From Candidatus Saccharimonadota bacterium (GTDB taxonomy: Archaea; Nanohalarchaeota; Nanosalinia; Nanosalinales; Nanosalinaceae): DNA of 32,000 nucleotides. Shown piece by piece: positions 1 through 8,300 of this stretch; position 1 is the first letter of the stretch, and each line of letters opens with the position of its first letter. Below the pieces are notes generated by a model. It saw only the letters and a program-made list of their open reading frames with translations. It did no database searches and had not been told where the DNA came from. Made by a program: the position numbers and the translations under genes. The DNA lies in assembly GCF_047555085.1 (NCBI RefSeq), contig NZ_CP180230.1:990001-1022000 (forward strand), written 5' to 3'.

Positions 1-531
1 CTGGATGGAGAGGAAGTTGACGCAGTAACCGATAAACAGGCCTTTCTGAACAATTACATCGACAGTATACACGGAAAAGACGTTTCTCCAGAGGAGAATG
101 AATCAGAAAATATCGCCTATGAAGCCGGCAGATTACTTGGAAGAGAACTTGATACCGAGATAGTAAGTGGTTACATGCAGGACTTCGTGGATATCGCAGT
201 CGAAGAGGACAAATCCAGTAAAGAAGGATACAAAAGCTACAGCAGAGGTATAAGCGCCTCAATAGGAGAATTAGTGGGAATGGCACTGACAGATCTTGAT
301 GACTTCGAGGCCGATGCAGACATACTCAACTTTGCGTACGACTTCGCATACCTTGGACAGGTAGCAGATGATAAACTGGACGCCGATACAGGCCTTGGAG
401 ACGATATAGATGAGTTCTACAGAGAAGCACAGGAAAGAATTTCAAGACATGGAGCCACCGGAAAGTTCATGGAGAAGGCCTCAAAAGTTTATCCACAGCT
501 ATACCGAGGCATGAAGGCCCTGAGAAAGTAG
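1..531 (+). CDS. hypothetical acidic protein, 5' end outside window
   Basis: Frame 1 is open from base 1 (LDGEEVDAVTDKQAF...) and runs into tracked ORF 175..531. It is D/E-rich like its neighbours. No motif recognised. Confidence 0.55.
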   Translation: MDGEEVDAVTDKQAFLNNYIDSIHGKDVSPEENESENIAYEAGRLLGRELDTEIVSGYMQDFVDIAVEEDKSSKEGYKSYSRGISASIGELVGMALTDLDDFEADADILNFAYDFAYLGQVADDKLDADTGLGDDIDEFYREAQERISRHGATGKFMEKASKVYPQLYRGMKALRK

Positions 532-532
532 T

Positions 533-1210
533 CTACTGTATGCCGAAAACAGCGTTCCTGTACATCTCACCTGCTCTATTATTAAACTCTTCTGCATCTA
601 CCTGTAGAACTTTCCCTCTCTCATCGTCGACAGAGTAAGAGACAAATCCCATATCAGGGCCTATATCTTCGCTCCAGCCGAGATAGACTCCTAATTCGCT
701 GCCTTTCATCTCCCATTCTATATGGATTTCCTCAATATTTTCTGCAACATAGCTTTCAGGCCTGTAAACAATATCTTCGGGAGTAATCGCATCTTTCTCT
801 GCCAGTTCATCCAGAGTTTTTTCCACGAAATCCGGCGCATCTATATCCCGATCATTCTGCTCCAGTTCTTCAGGATCCAAGAGATTGTCCTCGTAAACTC
901 TGGACGCCTCCTCGAAGTCTTCTCCGTTTCTTACAGATTCTGCCACATTGGAAATTCTTTCATCAACGGAGAAATTTTGCACACGATCCGCTAAATCTCT
1001 GTATACATCGCCGTTCTCATGCAGATAATTCATCGTTCTGTGGACATCAGAGGCCTCTACTCCAAGAGTTTCAGCGACATCCTCCGAGTCCAGGCCTCTA
1101 ACTTCATAATGCTCAAACACCTGGATCAACGGCAGAAAATTTTCTTCATCAATCTGCAGAAAAACATCTCCATCCTCCTCAACTATCGCGTCAAACTTTT
1201 CCCCGCTCAT
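533..1210 (-). CDS. hypothetical acidic protein, possible N-terminal helix-turn-helix
   Basis: 225-aa ORF with an ATG start, very acidic. The segment SEDVAETLGVEASDVHRTMNYLHENG looks HTH-like. It is convergent with the previous gene, with a 1-nt spacer. A/T box TTTTTAA (minus strand, 1236..1242) lies 26-32 nt upstream of the ATG. Confidence 0.6.
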   Translation of the reverse strand: MSGEKFDAIVEEDGDVFLQIDEENFLPLIQVFEHYEVRGLDSEDVAETLGVEASDVHRTMNYLHENGDVYRDLADRVQNFSVDERISNVAESVRNGEDFEEASRVYEDNLLDPEELEQNDRDIDAPDFVEKTLDELAEKDAITPEDIVYRPESYVAENIEEIHIEWEMKGSELGVYLGWSEDIGPDMGFVSYSVDDERGKVLQVDAEEFNNRAGEMYRNAVFGIQ

Positions 1211-1327
1211 CTAACTCGAACTTGAGATCCTAAAGTTAAAAATTTGGAGAGAACAGGCCTCTGAATAGAAAAATAGATGTAGAACGTGCGTATATGGAAA
1301 ATTAAATGAGAAGGATATGAGAATTTT

Positions 1328-1585
1328 TTACAGGCCTTCGGATACAATCACAAAGTCTCCGATGGACTTGACTGCGGAGAAAGGTACGATCGTACGGCCC
1401 TGAGAGTCTTCCTGCAGGTGCTCCTCGTTTAGATGGTCTGTGGTCTGGCTTACCAGGATGTTCATCAGTTCGCCAGTATCTGCGACGAATGATACGTCTT
1501 CAACATTTCCGTACTTCTTTCCGTGTTCTTCTGATACGATTGTCTTTCCGATTATTTCAGTTCCTCTCGGGTGATCTTCAGCCAT
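1328..1585 (-). CDS. PRC-barrel domain protein (small, stand-alone)
   Basis: 85 aa. The pattern IIGKTIVSEEHGKKYGNVEDVSF...GRTIVPFSAVKSIGDFVIV is typical of archaeal single-domain PRC-barrel proteins. Confidence 0.8.
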   Translation of the reverse strand: MAEDHPRGTEIIGKTIVSEEHGKKYGNVEDVSFVADTGELMNILVSQTTDHLNEEHLQEDSQGRTIVPFSAVKSIGDFVIVSEGL

Positions 1586-1636
1586 TTTTTGTGCACCTGT
1601 ATTTACTTATTGATGGATGCAACATTAAAAACTTGT

Positions 1637-2173
1637 ATGGCGCGAGTCTTCTCCGCGGTCGATATAGAAGATGAAGACGTTCTCGATCAACTGGAAAAAA
1701 CACAGGAGAGGCTGAATCTTGGATTCAACACGGTGCCACGCGAAAAAATGCATATCACTCTGGAGTTCTTCGAAGATGTGAACGAAAAACAGATAGACAA
1801 GATAAAGCGATCGATCAGGAACATCCAGATAGACTCTTTTCAGGCCTCTATCAACGGAGTTGGCGCTTTTCCTTCAGAGGATTACATGCGAGTTGTATGG
1901 GCGGGCCTCAAAGCTCCAGAGATTTTCCGGCTGAAGAAACAGGTTTCAACACACGGCGTCACAAGCCAGGATCAGAACAGCTTCACGCCACACATAACGC
2001 TGCTGCGTGTACAGGACATAAATCCGAAGCGAAAGAGAAAACTACAGAAACACATAGATGAATACAGAGAACATAGCATAGCAGATTTTGAAGTAAACAA
2101 AGTGAAACTTTTCGAGAGCGTTCTGACTGAAAACGGCTCTAAATACAGAATACTGGAGGAGAAAAAACTGTGA
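1637..2173 (+). CDS. thpR: 2H-phosphoesterase: RNA 2',3'-cyclic phosphodiesterase / 2'-5' RNA ligase family
   Basis: Two H-x-T-x motifs (HITLEF and HITLLR) at the expected spacing. I start at ATG 1637 (MARVFSAVD...) because the longer tracked ORF (1571) overlaps the divergent PRC gene. Confidence 0.85.
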   Translation: MARVFSAVDIEDEDVLDQLEKTQERLNLGFNTVPREKMHITLEFFEDVNEKQIDKIKRSIRNIQIDSFQASINGVGAFPSEDYMRVVWAGLKAPEIFRLKKQVSTHGVTSQDQNSFTPHITLLRVQDINPKRKRKLQKHIDEYREHSIADFEVNKVKLFESVLTENGSKYRILEEKKL

Positions 2174-2499
2174 AAGATATCGGACTGAAACTTTTCCTGG
2201 CCTCCACAGGCCTTGTAATACTTGGATTCTCAGCAGCTCAGACACCTCAAACACAGAAAATAGGAAGTATCGAGGCCTCAGATATAGGCGAAAAAGTGGC
2301 TGTAGAGGGAGATATATCTGATGTCTACAGTTCTGGAGAGGCCTGGTTCATGGAGATAAGCGACTCTACAGGCAGCATTTCCGGCGTCTCATTCTCTGGC
2401 AGCGGCTTCACATCAGGACAGGCTCTTCTTGTAGGAAGAGTTGAGATGTACGATGGCGATTTACAGCTGGTGATTGAAGACGCTTCTGTAGCACCATGA
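2170..2499 (+). CDS. membrane-anchored OB-fold protein
   Basis: GTG start overlaps the thpR stop (GTGA). It has an N-terminal hydrophobic helix (LKLFLASTGLVILGFSAA). This is followed by an OB-like pattern VAVEGDISDV...FMEISDSTGSISGVSF...GQALLVGRVEMYDGDLQLVIE. Confidence 0.55.
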   Translation: MKDIGLKLFLASTGLVILGFSAAQTPQTQKIGSIEASDIGEKVAVEGDISDVYSSGEAWFMEISDSTGSISGVSFSGSGFTSGQALLVGRVEMYDGDLQLVIEDASVAP

Positions 2500-2500
2500 G

Positions 2501-3223
2501 TCAACACGAGGCCCTGTAGGAAACGATTACAGAAGCACCGAAGACAGCAAGGCCTAGATTTGAAGGAATCTGAAGTCCGAACTGCGATAAAGCGATCAGC
2601 GTGAGGACAGCTGCCCCTCCTCTTCTTATGTAATGAAGGTTCAGCGATGAGCTATCTACATAAGCTGCCAGATACAGTGCTGCTACTGCTGAAAGAGATG
2701 TCAGAAGAGCAGGAACTATGTAAGATGCTGTAAGGGCTAAGGCCTGAGGACTTTTTATCGAAAGTACTGCACCTGTCAGTATTATAGCTGGGACAGGGAA
2801 AAGCTTGGCTTTTTCCATTCCAAGCATGTTAAGTGCTATAGACAGTAATGCCAGGCCTGCAACAGTTCTCATCATCTCAATATAGAATATTTGCTCGAAT
2901 ACAGGTGCTACTAAAGATGTTACCAGTGCTCCAGCCACAAGCACAGGTGCTGCTTTTGCAACTGTTCTTTTTGCTTCTTCTACCGTTTCAGAAGTCGAGT
3001 AAAGAACTGCAAGAGCTCCTGCACCAGTAAATATCGTCAGCGATACTGCTATTATATCTGAGAAAGTGGATACTGCTCCGCTGACAAGCAAAGTGGCGAA
3101 TACTCCATCTATCAATGGGAGACATAGTACAGTTACAAGTCTGCGCGTATCCTCATCGAAGAAATCAAGCATTTGCCCTGAAGCGCCACTAGTTAACGAG
3201 TCCAGATCCATGAAGAAAGACAC
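2501..3223 (-). CDS. polytopic membrane protein, unknown function
   Basis: 240 aa with about 6-7 hydrophobic helices. The GTG start is at 3223; an alternative ATG is at 3211. No catalytic motif recognised. Confidence 0.65.
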   Translation of the reverse strand: MSFFMDLDSLTSGASGQMLDFFDEDTRRLVTVLCLPLIDGVFATLLVSGAVSTFSDIIAVSLTIFTGAGALAVLYSTSETVEEAKRTVAKAAPVLVAGALVTSLVAPVFEQIFYIEMMRTVAGLALLSIALNMLGMEKAKLFPVPAIILTGAVLSIKSPQALALTASYIVPALLTSLSAVAALYLAAYVDSSSLNLHYIRRGGAAVLTLIALSQFGLQIPSNLGLAVFGASVIVSYRASC

Positions 3224-3438
3224 CGGGAAAACGCGCGGGACTCTGGACGATTAATTCCAGATAAACTTGGTCCCATTAAACATGAACTTTGACGACATAG
3301 TGGCGACTGCGCCCGTAGAGAAAACTGTTTCAACGCAGTAATCCGTCGCCATACAGTACTAAAACACTTGAACCATTATAAATCTTTCTTGCTTCCTCGG
3401 GATTACGTTTAAACAGGTTGCCGGAGAAGAAGTTTACC

Positions 3439-3816
3439 ATGATAGGCCTATTACTGCTGGCGATCGCAACAGTACCTTTCATCGACATATACATACTGGT
3501 GCAGATAGCAGGGATGATCGGCTTCTGGCAGACACTAGCACTGATCCTTCTCACAGGAGCTGTAGGCCTGGAAATCGTCAGAAGAGAAGGGATATACGTC
3601 CTTGTAAAGATGCAGAGATCAGTTACTGCCGGAGAGGCCTCAAGAAACGCACTTGAAATAGGATTCCTGGTGCTTGCAGGCCTTCTACTGATCCTTCCAG
3701 GTATCGTAACAGATGTAGCTGGATTTTTGCTTGTCTTCAGGCCTGTACGTGAAAGACTTGCTGCAAAATACAGCGGTGAAGGATTCAATGCAGAAGTAAG
3801 AACTTTTGGAATTTAA
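3439..3816 (+). CDS. fxsA: FxsA family membrane protein
   Basis: FIDIYILVQIAGMIGFWQTLALILLTGAVGLEIVRREG and LLILPGIVTDVAGFLLVFRPVR match the conserved FxsA blocks. The ATG at 3439 is preferred over the TTG at 3418. TTTAAA at 3408..3413 lies 26-31 nt upstream. Confidence 0.8.
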   Translation: MIGLLLLAIATVPFIDIYILVQIAGMIGFWQTLALILLTGAVGLEIVRREGIYVLVKMQRSVTAGEASRNALEIGFLVLAGLLLILPGIVTDVAGFLLVFRPVRERLAAKYSGEGFNAEVRTFGI

Positions 3817-5298
3817 CTATCTTTTATCATCGTTCAATCGATCTTGAAGCTCTGCAACGTTTCTCCTGAGACTCTGCATGCGGCCTTCAACGTTCTCCTC
3901 CCTCTGATGTACTCTTCTGATCTCTCTTTCCATCTTCCGGGCCTCTCTGCGCTCAATCACGTAAACTATCGCCACAACAAGCACAATAAGTGCAGCCACT
4001 GAACCAATTATGTAAAAAATCAGGTCTGATGAGTTGTCTTCGACCTGTAACTGTTGCCGTCTCCCTCCTATGCTGAAAGAGGCCTCTCCTGGTTCTACTT
4101 CTGTCTCGAAAGTTACAGTTCTGGTTTCTCCTGCTTCAAGAGATTCTGTATAAGTTTTTACAACTTCAGATCCCTGCATCAGATCGAAAGTTTTCTCACC
4201 AGCAATATTCCCGTTATTCGTTATAGAGGCCTGTACGCGGACTCTGGAAGTATTGGCTATCTGTTCAACTTTCATATCTGTTACCTGTAAATCTGCTCTT
4301 TCAGGAGGCTTCTCAGGAACACCTATTGCATATGATCCCGGTCTGAAATCTGCACTGTAGCGGTAGCTGTCAAAGTTCTGTGAGAGGAAGTTAATATCTA
4401 CATCACGCCACGAAGTGGAGGCCTGTCCCTTCAGGAATACATCTTCAGTCGACATCTGATCTTTGGAATCCAGCCAGGATTTATCGACTTTGAGGCCTAA
4501 CTCTCCGCCGCTGTAATCGGAGACTCCTGAAAGACTAACTACAATGTACGAGTATGCTCTGCCCGAATTTACTGAAACTCCTGCAAGAGGTGCGTCGCTA
4601 GTTGATAGCTCCATAGACGCATCCCTCACCGGCTCCTGTGCTGTGAAGCTGAGGCCTGTAAGGGACTTGCTGTTCTCCACAGTTACTACAAGCCTCTGGC
4701 CTCTTGATAGGGATCCTATGTCGACATCTGTGGCGCCGTCAAGAGTCACAGTTATACGTTTCGTGTTTGGTGGGGACAGAGATCCTGATGAATCGTTCTC
4801 GGAATCATTTTCCTGTGTTTCGTTGTCGTCTTCAGGCGGCAGGAAACCACCGCCGCCTCCGCCTCCAGAAGAACCGCCTCCAGAACTACCTGAGTCAGTT
4901 TCTTCCTCATTCTCTTCTTTGTTCTCTCCTGTATCCTCTTCAGTTTCATTGGATCCATCTTCTGCACCGGATTCGCTGAAATTACCGGCGTAATCGAGAT
5001 TTTCTGAAGCACCAGACACTATATCAATAAATTCAGAAGTATTCGATCCATTGACGAACATATAGGCCTCTTCTCCGCTCTCACCGGAAATTTTCACATC
5101 GTAGTATCCACTCGAATCAGTAGAGGTCTCTCCAACAATATTATCAGTCCTGAAACTTACATCCAGTCCTTCAACAGGATCGCCGGTACTGTATTCTGTT
5201 ATCTCTCCATATACCCTATGAGGCATCTCTGGCTGTGAAAAAGCGGGCGATGCCAGTAAAAACAGAAGTGTAATCAGAAAAACGTGCCGAGTATTCAA
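3817..5298 (-). CDS. membrane-anchored surface protein: signal peptide, carboxypeptidase-regulatory-like domain, acidic Gly/Ser linker, PGF-pre-PGF-like domain, CARDB-like domain, TM helix, charged cytoplasmic tail
   Basis: The TTG start preserves the signal peptide MNTRHVFLITLLFLLASPAFS. VYGEI...GYYDV is a CarboxypepD_reg-like pattern. KVDKSWLDSK...VFLKG...WRDVDI...YRYSADFRPGSYAIGV fits the PGF-pre-PGF pattern. LQVTDMKVEQ...ITNNGNIAGE...LEAGETRTVTFE fits CARDB. The C-terminus has helix LIFYIIGSVAALIVLVVAIVYVI followed by a 47-aa R/E-rich tail. Confidence 0.8.
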   Translation of the reverse strand: MNTRHVFLITLLFLLASPAFSQPEMPHRVYGEITEYSTGDPVEGLDVSFRTDNIVGETSTDSSGYYDVKISGESGEEAYMFVNGSNTSEFIDIVSGASENLDYAGNFSESGAEDGSNETEEDTGENKEENEEETDSGSSGGGSSGGGGGGGFLPPEDDNETQENDSENDSSGSLSPPNTKRITVTLDGATDVDIGSLSRGQRLVVTVENSKSLTGLSFTAQEPVRDASMELSTSDAPLAGVSVNSGRAYSYIVVSLSGVSDYSGGELGLKVDKSWLDSKDQMSTEDVFLKGQASTSWRDVDINFLSQNFDSYRYSADFRPGSYAIGVPEKPPERADLQVTDMKVEQIANTSRVRVQASITNNGNIAGEKTFDLMQGSEVVKTYTESLEAGETRTVTFETEVEPGEASFSIGGRRQQLQVEDNSSDLIFYIIGSVAALIVLVVAIVYVIERREARKMEREIRRVHQREENVEGRMQSLRRNVAELQDRLNDDKR

Positions 5299-5301
5299 TT
5301 T

Positions 5302-8300
5302 TTAGCCACCTCCATCGACCACAGGCTCAGAATAAGATGCTGAGTCCCCTTCCCAGTTCAGCCAGTAGGCCTCTCCAGGACTCATTTCTCCAGGACTATT
5401 TCCTGTGCTGTCTCTTACAGTATCTACCTGTCGGCTCCCTGCACTTGACTGTTCGTAAACAGTGTCGACATGTGTAGTGTCCAGTGCTCCAAATGCTCCT
5501 GTCTCGGAGTTATCAGCCGGTACCGTATGCTCCTGGAAAGTTCCAATCAAATTGTAGCCATTTGCAAGGCCTGTACTGGCATTTGCAAGATCTCTGCCCG
5601 TCATATGAGTTCTTACGGTATTGACGTTTGGATTCAACACGAAATCTTCTGAGGCCTTTATCATGTATCCTACTCCTCCTTCAAATTCAGTGAAATCGTT
5701 CTGTGAGGCCTCTGGATCATATGTCTGCCATTGGCTGTTCCTGTAAGTCCATACAACATCTATCTTGGAAGTATCGATAACTTTCTCGATTGCAGGAGTT
5801 GTCTCATCAGCTATCGGGAAGGAGACAAAGTTCCATCCCTCGACCATCTGCTTCCTGAAGCTGTTAACGGTTACATTGTCTGAGGCCTCCAATACTGCCG
5901 TGTTGCCGCTGGAATCTGTGATATTAGTTATACCTGTTACATTAGGACTGTTTCCTGTTGGCAGTATCTCTCCGTATTCAACTGTGTGTAGCTGTGCTGA
6001 ATCTGTGTTCTGGAACGCCAGTGCTTTACTGGAGAGATTGATCTGTTCTCTATCACCCTTCACCGGCTCGCTGAATCTTACATTGACGAAAGTGTTGGCG
6101 TAGGAGCTCTGTCCGTGATTTATCTGGGCGTTAAGAAGTACCGGATTTGTGGTGTCAACTGTTCCTGCGAAAACCTGTTCCTCGTCGATAGAGTTTCCGC
6201 TGGAGTCACGGATCGCCTCAGAGAACATTGTAACTGAAGGACTGCTGTCCGTGCCTCTTTCACTGCTTATCTCCAGATCAAGCTCCGAGTCATCAGATTC
6301 TCCTGAAACCACGCCCTCTACTTCACCGGCATCTCCTATGCTGAATGAGTCAGGGAGAAGTTCCGAGGCCTGATCATCAAGAGGCTCAGTAAAGTTCAGG
6401 CCTATCCTGTCTATCCTTGCATCCCTGTTATCGTCTCCAGTAGTTGCATTAAATATTACAGGTGCAGCCATATCTGCAAGAGTTCTATTGAAATCATTCA
6501 AAGTATTACCAGAGTTATCTACAACTGCATCGGCCTCGTAATCAAGGAACGGCTCACTTTCCTTAACACCAGTGATGTTTTCATCTGCGGAGGCCTCAAG
6601 TTCAAGAGTATCATTGTTTCCTGCGGTTCCGGAGTCAACTGTGAGGCCTGAAAGTTCTTCTTCAGTGACGTTCCAGTCATCGCTGCTGAATGCACTGTAA
6701 CTTATGTTCTCAGAGAAGTTCAGCTCTATAAGATCGACTTTTCCATCCTCATTGACGTCTCTGTAGACCTGTGTCTCCAGCTGCGGCTTGAGCCCATCCT
6801 GCGCGTACACAGAGTCATCGCTTCTGCTGTTAGCAGCATTGTCCTGAATGAATTCTCCTTCAGCGATTTCAACATCGAAAGTCTTGTTCGTCTGAACAGA
6901 CTCGTTCAACACAAGCACTATGTTGTTGCCATCCACCATGTTGGTGTCATCCGGTCCTAACGCCGAGTCCACAAGCAGGTCCTCTCCAACGATATTGAAT
7001 CTGCCTGGAGTGATATGGCTACCGTAGTCAAGGCCTGAATACTGCTCATTCGTCTTGACAAATACTTTAGACGTGGCAGTACTTTCCCCGCCGTTTCTGT
7101 TACCTGTCCAGGCCTCTACAAGTTCAGGTGCATGTCCATCGATCACCTGTACATCCTCGCTAGTTACAGTTCCGACAGATCCTCCTGCAAGAGAGATCTG
7201 TGACGTCTCTCCCTTGAAGCCGTGCAGCATATCACCTAGATCGCCTGCTGGCGCTGAATCAAACTCCACGGAGAACTTTGTATCATTTGTTATATTCTCG
7301 GAGACTCCTGAGCTCCATTTGAGGCCTCCATCGTATCCAAGTACTCCAACTTCTTCCCTGGTGTCCTCGTAATGCCTGTAGACTCTGAGGCCTGAATTTA
7401 TCGCCGTATCATTTGCTTCTGTGAAGAATTCAGGATAATCTGCAACATCGACTACGTTGCTTATCTCAATATCCTGTACAACGTTCTGGTAGACTCCGTT
7501 TCGATCAGTATCGTTTACTATCTTCTCTCCGTCGGAATAAGTTGCAGCAGTGTGTCGCGTTGAATCTGCAAAGTTGAATATTTCCTCACCATCGAATGAG
7601 TCCGAGGCGGATCCGTTTGTAACCAGCTCTACTTCGAGAATATCCTCTCCAGCGTTGTATACTCCTTCGTCAGCACCGGAGCTCTGTGAATCAAGGAACA
7701 CTGTTTTCTTCATCCCGGTCTCATTCAGAGATCTGTTGAAGTTCTGTAGATTGCCTTCAAACTCAGTATACACGTAATCATCAGAACCGGAAGTATCTGC
7801 CCTATCCAGCGATCCTTTACGCAGCAATCCGTCACGTCCTGCATCATGAACCAGAGGATCAACAGCAGGATCGAATCCTGTCGATCCCGTCTCCATATAC
7901 TTTGTCTCGGCCTGAAGAGCTGCAAAACCAGCGCTACCAGGAACTATTACATCGCTCCCGTCACCGAACCCGTTAGTGGCGTCTACGATGGCTTCACCTT
8001 CCTCGTACTCTGTAGAATCATCACTGTCGAAGTATCTTATGTTGCTGTCAAATCCTGCTGAAGGCATCCTTCCCTCTCTTATAATATCATCTGTATCGTT
8101 CAGGAACTCATCTGTCGTGGAAATCAAGGCCTCTCGTCCCTGCTCGTTATCTGAAAGCCTTCCTATACCTGCATCGTAGACATCCTTATTATTTCTATCA
8201 AGTGCTGCAACATTATCAGAGGCTGTGAAACTGTCAAGTACAGCTCCCTGATCAAGATCACCTTCCTCAACAGTACCGTTACCTGTATCCTTATCGCCTA

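Noticed and set aside
3330-3788. A 152-aa minus-strand ORF overlapping fxsA. Other long alternative-frame or antisense ORFs were also seen: 722..994, 1019..1225, 4544..4993, 4704..4979, 11820..12170, 14708..15028, 14761..15132, 15455..15820, 13607..13999, 24627..25112 and 26099..26614.
   Set aside because: Each is fully embedded in, or antisense to, a gene with a recognisable family signature. Their products are low-complexity (P/S/R-rich) and non-acidic, unlike the real proteins here.
4835-4885. A C-rich (minus strand G-rich) GGN/GCC tract, ccaccgccgcctccgcctccagaagaaccgcctcc.
   Set aside because: It simply encodes the SGSSGGGSSGGGGGGG linker of the 493-aa surface protein. It is not a spaced repeat array, and its G-runs are too short for a convincing G-quadruplex call.
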